Part shown: one piece after another, positions 20,923-34,530 of the stretch
Numbering within the stretch: the first letter of the stretch is position 1
Layout: the number at the start of each line of letters is the position of its first letter
Origin: Azolla caroliniana
Taxonomy: Eukaryota; Plantae; Polypodiophyta
NCBI GenBank assembly: GCA_043228905.1
Contig: JBHGNT010000016.1
Span: 15,190,001-15,254,000, forward strand
Length of the DNA stretch: 64,000 bases
Direction of reading: 5' to 3'
Notes under the pieces: model-generated
The model's input: only the letters and a program-made list of their open reading frames with translations
The model's database searches: none
What the model was told of the DNA's origin: nothing
Position numbers and translations under genes: made by a program

Positions 20923-23433
20923 CTCCTTGCTAAAGAACGTGAATGGAAGAAGGCGGTGGAGGAAGAACAAAAGAAATTAGCTGAAAGCCTCTGGCGAGCC
21001 GAAGAAAGCCTGCGAAAAGGTTATAAGCATATGACCAACTGAAGGAAGAAAAAGAAAAACTCCTGCAGGAAAAGGAAAAACTCCGGCGCTCAGCCGAAGT
21101 AGAGATTGAGCGACTCAGGGAAGAGGTCTGACAACAAAAGGACTAGGAAGACCGTGCTTGCCATCTGATCAATCAAAGGCTGAAACAAAAAACGGATGAC
21201 TTTGATCAGCTGCACCGGGATCACAAACACTTTGATGCAGAACACAAGAAATTGATCACCGAAAGTGACCGCAACAGGAGAAGTTACGAGAACTTTGGGA
21301 TGAGGTTAACCGGACTGCGGCGACCCTGGCGGAGGAATAGTCGAAGGGGGCTGAAGTAGCGAAAAGACTGGTGAAAGAACGAATGGAGCTCACCCGGCAG
21401 CACTATGAGGAAAAAGAACGCGCTACAATGGCTCTGAACAAAGTTCAGACTACCTATCAGACACAGTTCATGCACTACAAAAGCCAAGAAGCGGTAACCT
21501 CGTGCCTTATCAAACAATTGAAAGACGAAAAACAAGCCGTGGAGAATAAGTCGAAGATGGGGATGGGGGGAATTTGTGATCTGGTGCTGACATGGAGAAA
21601 CCGGACGAAGAGACTGGTGGAAGAAAGTTCAGTTCAATGGTGGTCTAAATGGGCTACGTAGGTAGCGGAGTTACAATTACTGAGAGCGGATGCGGAGAAT
21701 CGGAGGAAGGACGACGACGATTTCTATAAACTAGACGGGGAGAACATTGTAGCCATAAGGGAGGAATTGTCAGATGACTTCCTATCGTTAGCTGGGGAAC
21801 AATTGGTAGCGGTGAGGCGATTGGTGGAACAACTGAACGACGACCAGTTGGTTACACAACTCCAGTTCGAGCGGTATGAACGAGAATGGTGACGACAAGA
21901 GGTGGCCAGAAGAACTGCGGCGATCAATATCAGTGACGAAGAGCAGTCTTCGGATCAGGCGCCGAATGAAGCCAGAATTGGGGGAAGCCAGCTGAACAAA
22001 ACTCTAGAAGAGCAGCCGAAGGATGAAAACCTGCACACCGGAAACCATCAGCAGGAGGAGCCCAAACCAACAGAACTAGAACCGGAAGCCTCGAGACCAG
22101 TGGAACCGAAGAGACCAAAGCAGCAGGAGCAACAACAACAACAACAACAGGAGTAGGAGCAGCAATAGACGACGGAGCAACTACCCGATGAGCATTTAGA
22201 ACCCTTGGACCAGAGCATTCTGGACATTTTGGAGGAAGATTGAAGGGCGAACCGTGGGATTCGATGTACAAGGTACTGTCCCATGGGCGTGCCATGTGTT
22301 GATCGGCAAAGACTTAAAAGCCGGATAAAGTCCAGAATGGGAAAGGGATAATTATTTTAGAACCAGGACTTGTTATCTATAATTATTATATTTTGAGAAG
22401 CGAACGAACAGACCCAGAATCGGTATGCCGAAATGGATCCGGACCGGTTCGTGGCCGGTTGCCGGTTGGCACCGGTTCGTAACCCAGAGCCCGTGACCTA
22501 TAAAAGGACCCGGTTAGATTGTAATCAGATAGTAGTTTATTAATGAAAGTGTTGTTGTTCTACATCTTGTTTAATCTTTGAAGCTTTAGTTAATTATTGT
22601 TCTATGCTTAATAGAATCTATCTTACGCGTGTATTACGATCATTAACCATGCCGGTTAGTAGTCGGATAGGAATACGTTGTCGTGCCTTTTGGCTCTTGA
22701 TCGTTGCGTGAGTCGGGTGGGAACCACTGAGGTTTTGGACTAGGAGAAAGAAGAATATGAGATAAGGCTAGTAATGAATAGGTGGAGAGGTAAGTTATGA
22801 ATCTCGTGAATCCCACGAGTTTACTGTATTTAATCAATATTTCGATAGTAAGAGACAATTTAGATGACAAATTCATGAATCCCACGAATATATTATATTG
22901 GTCAATCCTTACAAAATAATCAACAACCATATACATCTTCCCCTCCTTATATAAGGATGGGAGAGACTAAACATAGCTTCCAAGTTTTTCTAAACTGTTC
23001 ATGCACACTAAATGTGCATGAGTTGCTTTTTCCACTATGCTTTTATTTCCTAAATATAGTGCTCATGCACACTAGATGTGCGCGAGTATTTTTTTTTATT
23101 GGTTTATATTTTTCTTGTAAATAAAGTATTCACGCACTCTAAAATAAAAGGTAGGCATAAATAAAAGTCTTATACCTATTAAATCTATATTTACAACACT
23201 TAAGATAAGATAATACAATGGTAAAGTTTTGGTTTACTTACATGGAGGTACAAGGTTCGAATCCTACCCTATGCATGTAACAAATATTTTAATATTTTCT
23301 TTTATTTATATATATGTACTTAAATCGGATATATTATTTTTACATTTTTCACATAGTGTGTGGACTACACTACGACACTCGCCCCCTCCGAACCCACACA
23401 TCCTCCGGTATGTGCCGAAGTTCCTGATGCATG

Positions 23434-25650
23434 TTATTTGTCTTCATCCGTAGCACTCTCCGATTCTCCCCTTATGTCAACTACGAGTTGTAGTCCACTT
23501 TCATCGCTTTCCGTATCACCGCGATCTTTGTCCGGTTGCTCCTTGATGTCGGTCTTGTCTAGGGTTACATAGGGTTCTTCGTCAGTCCACTTCTTGAAAA
23601 TCTTCACCTGTTTCCCTGCTATAGGCAACCATAGTATTGTTCCATCCAACTCGCATAGGCAGTAAGTTTCGTTGTCGAAAACTTTCCGAACCTCGTATGG
23701 CCTGAACCACCTTTTCACGAACTTCCATATCGTTGTATGTCGATGATCCAGACTACTATCATAGACAATCACCCAATCTCCTTCTTCAATCTTCCGCGGT
23801 TGTAGTTGATGCTTTGTGTCGAATTGGCTTTTGTTCTGGAATCGTGCTTCCTGTTGTCGGCGTGTTGCTTCCGCTATGTCTTCCGGACTTCCCTCCAGTT
23901 GTCGTATCCGGACCGCTAGTAGTTCTTCCCGGCTCATCTCTTCCTTCCACGACAGCATTGTCCATGTCGTAATTTCGGTTTCTGTCGGCATTACCGGTGC
24001 TTGTCCGGTCATGAGTTCGGCCGACATAAAACCGGTCACGGAACTATGCGTCGTACGATCTGCCCATAGTGCATACGGGAGTATCTGCGGCCAATCCTTC
24101 ACCCTTTCGTCACATGCTTTTGCAAGTGCTTTGACGATTGAACAATGTCCTCGTTCGATCTTCCCGCTGGCTTCCGGATTGTATGCCATTGTTAGTGTTA
24201 ACTGAACTCCATGTTTGGTGAAGAATTCCCTAGCTTTATCAAAGTCGAGTTCTCCCCGATCCGCAATCACTTGTCCTACGCACCCGTACCTACAAAACAC
24301 TTCTTCCAAAAGAAATTGGCATACCGCAGAACACGTTTTCCTCCGTAGCGCTCAACCTTCTACTTGGTTTGTGAGATCTTCCTGAGCTAACACCAAGTAC
24401 TTCTTTTGTCCGATCTCGGTAGGCATGGCTACAATGTCGACCATCCATTTGAAGTTGACTATCGGTGAGAATGTCGGATGTAACTCATCTCGGTGTCGAA
24501 CCCGGGAGTAGACTTGGCATTTCTTGCAGCTTTACGTGAACTCCGTGACATCTTTGTACATATTCTTCCACCAATATCTTTTCTTGATCTTCACAAATGT
24601 TGCCCATATTCCCCGATGTCCAGCCCAATCAGATTCGTGAAATTTGGACATTATCTGGTTTCGTTGCTCTTTTGTCCCGACTACTTGAAGTGGTATGCCA
24701 TCCGGTCTTTTCGGCTCCCTCCATATTAATCCATTTTTCAAGAAGAACTTTTGGACTTGCCGCTTCTTACTTCGGATCTCGGCTCTCTTCTCTTTATTGT
24801 CCGATGATTCCTTGATTTCTTGTAGCACTTTCTAGAATTCTTCTTCTTGTAGCAAGCTTTCTTGTAGCAAGCTTTCTCCCTCGTATTCTTCTTCCCGGAA
24901 TTCTCAGATTACGTTCACCCGCCATATGTGCTCCGAAGCAAAGTAGTCTTCGAAAACTTCTTCATTATCGGATTCGGTTATGTCATCTCCGAATCACGCC
25001 CTTGATAGCATATCCGCTACCTCGTTGTCTTTTCCGGAGATGTGTCGTACCTCCGGATTAAGTGACTTAACATATGCAATCCACCTTAGCATAGCCACAT
25101 CCGGTATAATACAACACCGCATCATCCTGAGTATCGGAAGACAATCCGTTTTCTATCACTACTTCCCATAATTCTCTTTTGACTTGTGCATAGCCGCGTT
25201 GCCTTTCGTTGAGAACCTTTGCTCCGAATCGGATTGGATATCGTGAACCATCTGAGTGGGCTTGATTGATGACCCATCCGATTCCGGTTGGACTTGTGTC
25301 AACCGTTATTATGATCGGTCAGTCATAGCTCGGCTTCTTAAGTGATTCCACCCTCCGTAGTGTTTTCTTAAGCTTCTTCATGGCTTTGGTATGTTCCGGT
25401 CTCCATTCGAACTTCTTACCCTTCCGCAACAAGTGATAGAGTGGGTCCGCAATATGTGCATAGTGCAGAATCCATATGTGATAGAATGCACATGCTCCAA
25501 GAAACCTTCGGACTTCGGATTGTGACTCGGATACTTCTTTCATAGCTTGAATCGCATCGATCTTCGTTGGTGACGGTCTTCGGCCGTAGGGCCCAAATAG
25601 ATGTCCGACTACCAATATTTCTTCTTGTTCGAATGCCATTTTCTCTCCGG
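23434..25650 (-). pseudogene. pol: RT C-terminus, RNase H and integrase remnants
   Basis: EVRRFLGACAFYHIW, FHESDWAGHRG, IADRGEL and AYNPEASGKIER motifs; many stops and frameshifts. Confidence 0.9.
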
Positions 25651-26940
25651 TCTCACGTTGGCGCACGTGCACAACCGCCGAAGTCTCTAGAATAGGTGTG
25701 GGGATATCCTTTCATCCTCGATCTTCTTCCTCCTTGTGTTGGGCCTTCGTCTTCCCATCACCACCTTCCGTCTCTCCAGTCTCACGTTGGCACACGGGCG
25801 CAACCGCCAAAGTCTCTGGAATAAGTGTGGACAAAGTCTCGACATGACTATCCGCCGTCGACTCATCCACAGCCACCTCCAACTCGATGTCGTTTTTCAT
25901 GGCTACCTCCTCAATCACGTCGGACTCAAACCCTTTATCTCCCTCGATCATGAAAGCTTTTCTCATGCTTGCACCTTCATCACCCGATGTTTCGTACACA
26001 ATGCGTGTTCCAAAACATTTATCCTCCCTCGAAGTGGCGTTCGCCGTCCTCGAGTCATCGGCCTCCTCCTTGGCCGTCGTTTCTTCATAAGACAAGAAGG
26101 TGACTTGTTTCGCACCTTCTCTCTCGATACTGTCATACCAAACCTAAGCCTTTGTATCGGCCACTTCATTAACCCGCATTTGTTGGGAGGTCTCTTCTTC
26201 CTCGATCATCATTCGCCTCGGTTTTGTCTCCCTTTTAAGCTTCATTTCTTTTGTTGGTGGCACGTTTTTGCATCTCGTCCCTCTCCGATCATTCCTCATG
26301 GGCCGTCTTGTTGTTGTCAATATTCTCGCTCGCCCCTTATCGTGTAGTCGTCATACACTTTCCACTTTGCTCCAATCCTCGATGAAGCCATTTGCACCGT
26401 CATCTTCTTCGAGTTTGAGGCCGATGAACATCCTTTTCATTCGATCGATTGACTTCACAAACATAAGGACCTTATCGACCCCCACCAATCTTTGTTCCTG
26501 TTCCGAGAGTTGAGAAAAACGATGCTCGCAGTCTGTGTCGCACCTAAGTGGGTCTTCGCCGATGTCACCCATTGGTCGAAGTTGTGCCGATCTCGTCCCT
26601 TCAGTCTCTCATAGCCTTATTCCTCCAATAGAGCCTTCTCGAAAGTCGCCCACGAATCATGAGCTTCTAGAAGCTCTTTTACATCTTTGAAGATCGGTTT
26701 AGACACCACTTGACAAAATTACTCCAACCTCATAACTTCATCCACACCTCTTGAATCCATCTCCGCATTGTAGACTTTTAGAAAACTTTGGACTTCGGCG
26801 CCGTTGAAATATCTCACTTGCTTGACTACCCTCTCAACGGCTTGTTGGGCTTCATTTCGTCTTTTCCCTTCTCTCAAAAACTCCATCATTCTTTTTGACA
26901 TTGCCTCCATGAGATATTCACCATCCATCTTCGTCCTTCT
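25651..26940 (-). pseudogene. gag: gag-like remnant with an acidic repeated tail, fused directly to mid-RT
   Basis: FNGAEVQSFLKVYNAEM and KVLMFVKSID resemble the gag of element F; a segment of about 55 bp is duplicated at 25642-25700 and 25771-25830. Confidence 0.7.
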
Positions 26941-28228
26941 CTTCATGTCGGGTTCACCAAATGATGTCGTGAAGATTCGCGCGTGCATGTGCTACTCGAG
27001 CGACCACCGAGGTCTTGGACTAGGGAGGACGTTCGCGGAATTATCGAAGAGATGACGATCAATGTAAGATTGGATGAAATTTGTTCACTTGAGAAGAAGA
27101 AAGGTTGTACACTTGAGAAGTAGAAAAATATGAAGAAGATAAAGATGAATATAATTATATTGATGATAGTGGTGTTGGTGATATCACATATTGAGCCCCC
27201 CTTTACACAAGCTCCACTAGGGTTTTTATAGCTCTCTTCATGCACAAAACCATGGGTTTAGAACCATGTTTTTGGGTACACGGTTTTGCTTATGACATGC
27301 ACAATCCATGGGTTTAGAACCATGGTTTTGTGCACATGGTTTTCTTTGGTTGTTTCGTCTATAATTTGTATATGAAAAGGAAATACATAAAATCTACACT
27401 ATATGATAGTTGTCCTAGTGGTAAGGCAAACATCTTATATCTTAGAGGTGCAAGGTTCAAACCTTGCTTGCACCCTTCTGTATGAACCCAAGTGCAACTA
27501 GGCCTTTAGGCTTATTTGCTAAGTGCATGTGCAATGTTGCACATCCTTGGTTTATTCGTTTCACACCGTAGCCGAAAATCGTGACGACAACGTTTGTATC
27601 ATGGTCTACGCCTACACCACTTGCACCACCCCTTTGGTGAACTGTCCTAGAGGGACACACTGTGTTAGGGCTAGTTTGGTCCCAAGGAGTAACACTTCAT
27701 AGGTCGGTCTGACAAGTTCTCAAACGACCTATTTATGAAAGGACATGCGAAAACATAAGTTAGGTGGTTACCTGGATTAAGGCTGTATATTAAAATATAC
27801 ATAAGTAGACGAAGACAAAAACTAGCAAGCGATTTCTGGTAAACTATAAATATCAATCTTATATTGAGTGAACATGATAGTCCTTTATTCGGAAAATAAT
27901 TCTAGTAAGGCCTATTCAACTTCGAAAATTATATATCTTAATAATTATACAAGGATATGTATCATATTGAAGGGTAGGTATGGCTTATATTGATTCCATA
28001 TCCATATTTTAGAGAATTTGCATATGACAGACTTAAATTTGGTATCATACAGGTAATTCGTGGGTTATTTTCTATTATTTTAAGCTATTATAGGTCATTA
28101 AACCTTTTTAAGTAAGGCCGCTAGTTACAAAATATAGCAAATGTCACTAAAAAAGTCTGAATTGGACATAAAATTTGGTATCATTTCACACATATACTAA
28201 ATTGTTCCCCCAAAGACACAATATTCCT

Positions 28229-28349
28229 GTTTAAATTTTGTGTTTTATATAGTAACTCAATACGCCGTATCGAGTTCCTGTATAAAGTTCATGTTTTATA
28301 AGGAACTCAATACAGGGTATCGAGTTCATGTATAAAACACATACTTTAC
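28229..28349. repeat. Hairpin array, part 1 (AGGAACTCGATAC-N3-GTATCGAGTTCCT plus 22-nt spacer, 51-bp period)
   Basis: Two units here; the array continues at 35437-35590 and 44331-44395 after the two LTR insertions are removed. Confidence 0.85.
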
Positions 28350-28827
28350 TGTTAAGCGTCTATTACTAATCAATAGACCAAATCAAGTAAAAAGGAAGAA
28401 AATAGATTGGATAGAAGAACCCGTTCCACCCGACCACCCCCGAGCTATGATCTAGACATAGCCAACCTACCACCGACGTCCCATACCGCCGGATATTAGG
28501 ATGACTAATACCTTGGAAGAGATAAACACGATCGTCGAGATGAAAGCCTAGCCCGCACCACCGGTGTCTACGACAGCAGCCTTCCGACGTGATTCCTATG
28601 AGGGTAGCTAAGCCTCATATTTATACCTTTTCCTAGGCCCCTTGAATAGATGTGCCTTTCTAAAAGGCTCTCTATTCATTGGTTGTCTAAATCATGATAG
28701 TGCATGCACATATCATTCATTCTATCCAATCATTAGTCCCCTTTTTAATAATAGTGAACATACCCTTCACTAATGTAAATATTAGTGACCTACCCTCACC
28801 AACGTTATGTGTACATAACATACTCCC

Positions 28828-31800
28828 CTACTTCAAAAGATTGCACTCTTGCAATATAAAGTGAGGAAATTGTGCCTTAAGCGAATGCTCGCGTTCCCAT
28901 GTGGCATCATCAATAGGTTTATCCATCCATTTGATCTTGAATAGCCGAATCTCTTTAGAACGTAAACGTTTAGTACGAGAATCAAGAATTCGTTCAGGAA
29001 CATGAGGTTTGTAAGAAAAATCCTCTAATGTTACAAGATCTTGGATTGTGATGGTGTTATCACCAGAGCCTAAAAATGGTTTTAGACGACTGACGTGAAA
29101 AACAGGATGAATACCAACGTTACGAGGTAAGGCAAGGTGATAAGCAGATGACCCAACTCGCTTAAGGATTTCAAATGGGCCACAATATCGTGGGGCTAAC
29201 TTAGCGCACTTGCCCGTAGATAATGACGTAGAATTAGTCGGGACACGCAAAAAAACTTTTTGACCAATAGTAAATGCACGAGGACGTCTATCCTGATCAG
29301 CATAAAATCGAGCACGATCTTGAGCTGTCTTGACATTTTCTTTGGCAATATGCAACATTTGGTTCATGTCTTGCAAAAAATTGCGTGTACTGTCTAATGT
29401 ATCACGATGAATCGTGACATCAACTAGGGCACGTGGCTGAAAACCATACATCAACATAAAAGGACTATATCCAGTGGATGTATGTTTAGAGCTATTATAG
29501 GCAAATTCTAAGATAGGAAGGTATTGCTCCCACTTAGAAGGGGTTTTTGCTACATAAGCTCGAAGCATGTCCTCAATAATTTGATTAACTCGTTCAGTTT
29601 GTCCATCAGACTGAGGATGATCTGCGGAACTCATGCTCAACGTAGTTTCTAGTTTCTTAAAGACCTGAGTCCAAAAGTCACTAGTAAACTTGGAATCTCG
29701 ATCACTAACAATATCCATCGGTAATCCATAAAAACGAAATAACTCATCAACAAATTGATAAGCCAACTGTTGAGCGGTTACTGTGGTTTTTGTAGGAATA
29801 AATCTACCTAATTTTGTTAGCCTGTCAACGACAACCCATATGGCATCATGACCCCTCTGTGTACGAGGTAAACTAACAATAAAATCCATCGAGATACTTT
29901 CCCATTTATTGTTGTGAATATCTAAGGGATGTAAAAGACCAGCAGCTTGTAAGCATTGAGTTACGTATTTATGCACGTCAGAGCGCATCTTAGGCTAGAA
30001 AAAAGTACACGAGATGAGAACGAGTGTGCGTTGTATTCCAGGATGACCAGCAGATGGTGCATCATGACATTCATGAAAAATTTTCTGTTTAACATTTGGT
30101 AAATCTGGAACACAGACCTTTCCACTACGGTAGAGCAAACCGTTTGTAATGTGAAAGGTCGCCTTCGAGGGTAGGGTGCTAGTATCGGCATCTAAACCAG
30201 ATTCGGCTTTCGTTCAGTATTTTGAGAAATAACTGTCATCAAGGTATTTCCCTCGAAGGTGATCTAAAAGATCAGATTTTATTTCCGTGAAGCTAAGCAT
30301 GTTAACTTCTTTAATGCGACTAAGAGCATCAGCAACGGTGTTCATAGAACCCTTGCGATATCGTATGGAAAAATCAAAATCTTGCATAAGGTCATCCCAA
30401 CGGCCTTTACGACCAACAAGATCGGGCTGGTCACAAAAATACTTTAATGATTGATGGTCTGTTGTAACCACAAATTTATTTCCATAGAGATAGTGCCTCC
30501 ATGTTTTAAGTGTGTGTATCACCGCAAACAACTCTTTCTCTTGAACCGAATACCGAGATTGAGCAGCATCAAGCTTCTTACTTTCAAAAGCGATAGGGTG
30601 ACCACCTTGATAAAGAACGGCACCAATAGCATAATCACTAGCATCGGTTTCAATTGAGAAAGGCTTAGAAGGGTCTGGTAATAGAAGAGTGGGAGCCTGA
30701 CACACATGCTCCTTGAGTGTCTCAAATGATTTGTCAAGTTGTTCATTCCATGAAATTGGTTTGACAGACTTACGTGGATGACCTTTTAAAAGGTCAGTTA
30801 ATGGCGTAGTCAATTTGGAATAGTTACGAATTGATTTTCGTAAAAATCCAACAAACCCTAAGAATGATCTAAGTTCACGAATATTACGAGGAATGGGCCA
30901 AAGTTTAACCTTTTCAATACGAGAAGGTTCAATTTCAACGCCATTTTCTGTAATTAAATGACCTAGGTACACAATAGATTTTTGGAAGAAGTCACATTTT
31001 GAATGTTTTGCATAGAAAGAGTTGTCACGCAACTTTCGCAAAACAAATCGAACATGTTGAACATGATCTTGCAAGGTACGGCTATATATCAAAATGTCAT
31101 CCAAGAAGACAACAACAAAATCACCGAGTTGATCTCGGAAAACATCATTCATCGCTTGTTGGAATGTGGCTGGAGCATTAGTCAACCCAAACGGCATGAC
31201 TAAAAACTCATAATGGCCATAGCGCGTACGAAAAGCGGTTTTAGGAATATCATCCTCGACGATGCGAATCTAATGATAACCAGTTCGTAAGTCAATTTTC
31301 GTAAAATATCGAGCCCCGTGCAAACGATCAATCAAATCATCGGCACGAGGTAATGGATATGCATTCTTAATTGTCATTTTATTCAAACGGCGATAATTGA
31401 TACACATTCGCCACGAACCTTCCTTCTTCTTGATTAATAGAACTGGCGCACCCCAAGGTGATTTACTATACCTAATGTGGCCCATACTCAAGTATTCCTT
31501 AAGTTGTTTAGCGATCTCATCCTCTTCTAATCGACTAAGTCGGTAAGGTGGAATGCTCACAGGAGCAGCCCCAGGGATGAGTTCAATTTGATGGTCCACA
31601 TTACGTTTAGGTGGTAAAGTAAGCGGTAATTCAGTAGGAAACACATCTTGAAAATCCTCTAAAATAGAGTCGAGTAATCGTTGCTCAAAATGTGGTAATT
31701 GTGTGGCGTCAATATTAAAATAATAAAATTGAACCGCCGGATCAATTACACACGAATAAATTAATGAACTAGAATACTCACTTAAAGATTTAGAAGACAC

Positions 31801-33201
31801 AAGTGAATGAGAAGGAAGTTTGGAACATTGAATAAAATGTTTACAATTATTAAGTTCAAATGTGATTGAGTGATTAACCCAATCAATGGACAAAGAAGGG
31901 TTTTTATTAAAAAACCAAGGATATCCTAAAATGACATCTGCGGATTGTAATTTCATAACATGAAAGTCAAGCTTCTCCAAATAAGTATCTATTTGAATTG
32001 GCAGTTGACAAACAATGCCACTGATGTATTGAACGTTTCCATTTGCCATGTGAACTTGATAGATATGATCACTTGCGTTTATGTGGAGCTCCATTTGCTG
32101 CACAAAGTGATCATTAAGAAAATTGTGAGAACTACCGGAATCAAACAAGAAATGTGCTTGTGTTCCATTGATATATCCGACTGCTCGGAGTAAATCATTA
32201 GGTCCAAGTAAATGTGAAGGAAAAGTGCATTCACATAAACTTAAGTGATTGGTATGAACTTCAACAATATCAAAAGACTCACCTGTGTGACTCGTAGATT
32301 TGTCTTGAGGAGGGGTGTTCATTGACTTCCTCTCAAGACGACGACAGGTATCCTTTGTGTGGCCCCGCTTCTTGCAATATGCACAGAAGAGGTTCGGTTT
32401 CTTTGAGTCGCGGTCAAGAGTGTCATTGGATTGCTTACGTTTCCCAATGAACTTGACATTCGGAGTTTTGGCGAACTCAGGTTTATTGTGGTCTTTCTTG
32501 GAAGTCCTATGGTATCGCAGCACAATGTTGACGGCTTCCTCGAAAGTTGTGGGGTCCTTGTCATGGACAATCCAATGATAATCCCCATTGGGAATACCAT
32601 TCAAAAAACAAGCGACAAACCATTTCTCACCCGTAAGTCCCGATTTTTGGATTTGGGTCCGAGCGTGATGCACATAATCCTCGAGAGAGGTAAATGGCTT
32701 ACTAGACAATGTGAGCAAGTGTTGCGCTTGTTCGGTTTGAGAAGGTGGCTGCAAGAATTGTTTCTTAAAAACATCAACGAAACCTTCCCAAGTTGTGGGT
32801 AAGTTTTTTGCGGTCCTTAGGCCACGCCACCAAGCAGCAGCTCGGCCACCTAACTCACGACCGACATAACCAATTTTTACTGCATCGGGCTTGGGATGAA
32901 GCTCAAAGTGAGACTCCCAACGACCAAGCCAAGTGCTAATGGCCTCCTCGGTTCTTTCTTTCTTATCTCCCTTGAAAGGCGTGACTACGAAGGAAGGTTC
33001 ACCTTCTTTCTTGGACTCAATAGTTAATTCTTGGAATTTCTTTTCCAATGCCATATTGGCCTGTCTCATTTCGGCCAATTGATTCAAGGTAGTAGTGAGC
33101 AATTGCTCAATAGTGATCTCAGCTTGTGTGCGAGATGCGGATTGGGGTTGAGAGGTCTCATTTGGAGAGATCGTTCCAACTGCGTTCAAAACTTGTTCCA
33201 T
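28828..33201 (-). pseudogene. gag-pol: gag-pol (Gag, CCHC knuckle, PR, RT, RH, IN, chromodomain) with a stop and frameshifts
   Basis: [43 protein letters not shown] and IKWMDKPIDDATWE motifs; TAG at 31270 and disruptions near 29960-30210. Confidence 0.95.
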
Positions 33202-34204
33202 GATGCACGCTGTGGGTATGCAATAAAATAAGGAGGTTCAGAAAATACACAAGCAAAATGAATGCTTGAAATTTTGATTGAAAGAACTTTATCCAAGAAC
33301 GTATCTCATGTCTTTACCCCTCTAGACATATGAGATGTGATTCGAGATCCGATAACTATGGTAACACTATGGTGTTTTAAAAACCATGGGGGAAAACATA
33401 GCTAAGATGTATTTCTCGGATCTCTATCTTGAGTAATCATGGCGGCTCCCCGAGGCTCAACCATGGTTCTTACATCAATGAAATTTCCTAGATAGCCTTA
33501 TATTAATGCCAACCCATCATGTATTATATGGTCGAGAAAGTGTATTACGTGAAAAAACAAGTGCACTCACAAGTAATATTCTAGTCTTGCGAGCAATAAG
33601 CAAACGTGATGATAAAATGATAAAATAAGGCACTACTCATAAGAGTTAAGTAGTGACGAAAACAAGGGTAAAAAAAAAAAAAAAAAAGAACCCATGTGTT
33701 ACCTACGAAAAAAACAATGTCACAAATAAATGGGAAGTGCAAGGTATGCACATATACATCCCAATATGATTGTTATAACTTGCACAATTGTGACATAAGC
33801 CACAAATTGATACAAGTGATGACGGTGTTGTGCACAAAGATGTAATACTCAAATCCATGAGTAAAACATCAATAAGGGAACTCATATGGTTTTACTCGTT
33901 TTCTAAGGCTTGATGATAAGAGTTAAACCTAGATGACCCGTTGAAAAAAAAAAACGTTCAACAAGCCACTCCATACGAAAAAATAGTCTACACGTAAAGG
34001 TTACATTAAAAATAAACGATGTAAATACTTTATACATGAAAAGGAAGTGGAAAAAGGAGAGTTAATTGTGGGCGGGTAAATAATAATTACTAGAAAATCA
34101 TATAAGTGAAACAATACTTATGAAATTAAAATTTAATTAGAATAATCAACAATTAGGTGTATGGAATCAAACATGCCCTAAGATACGAAACCCTAGGGTA
34201 GTTG

Positions 34205-34530
34205 ACATGCACCTCCTCAAGACCACCACATATCCCTAGAATCGGCCAAGTAATGGCTAATTAAAGAGGAAAGTGGCATAGGTAAGTGACATATACCTCG
34301 TCAAGGCCACATCATCCCTTAGAATCGGCCAATTGATGGCTAATTAAAAAGGAAAGTGGCATATGTAAGCTACATATACCTTGTCAAGGCCACAACATCC
34401 CATAGAATCGGCCAATTGATGGCTTAATAGAGAGTAGAGTGGCATAGGTAGGCAACATACACCTCGTCAAGGCCACATCATCCCTTAGAATCGGCCAAGT
34501 GATGGCTCAATAGAGGGGAAGAGTGGTATA
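34205..34530. repeat. About 80-bp tandem repeat (4 copies) in the 5' leader of element E
   Basis: cctcgtcaaggccacatcatcccttagaatcggccaa...gtggcata units. Confidence 0.85.

Larger units (their letters stand above)
22679..27589 (-). mobile_element. Element D: chimeric tRNA-Trp-primed Ty3/Gypsy with dissimilar LTRs (22679-23377 and 26965-27589)
   Basis: TGTCGT...ACGACA termini; ACGT on both flanks (22675-22678, 27590-27593); PBS TGGTGAACCCGACATGA at about 26944-26960 (-); PPT GGAGGGGGCGAG at 23378-23389 (-). Confidence 0.8.
13223..27694 (+). mobile_element. Element B: decayed non-chromovirus Ty3/Gypsy 3' half (IN tail, extra ORF, 3' LTR 22297-22678 plus 27594-27694)
   Basis: RRKAFVDRHRKGNEK integrase tail. 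Extra ORF fragments at 13910-14439 and 20865-22243 are homologous to those of element C. The LTR halves are colinear with the C LTR once element D is removed. Confidence 0.85.

Noticed and set aside
27405-27480. Functional tRNA gene (also 23205-23275 and 56645-56710)
   Set aside because: No complete acceptor or anticodon stems; only box-like motifs and a T-arm.
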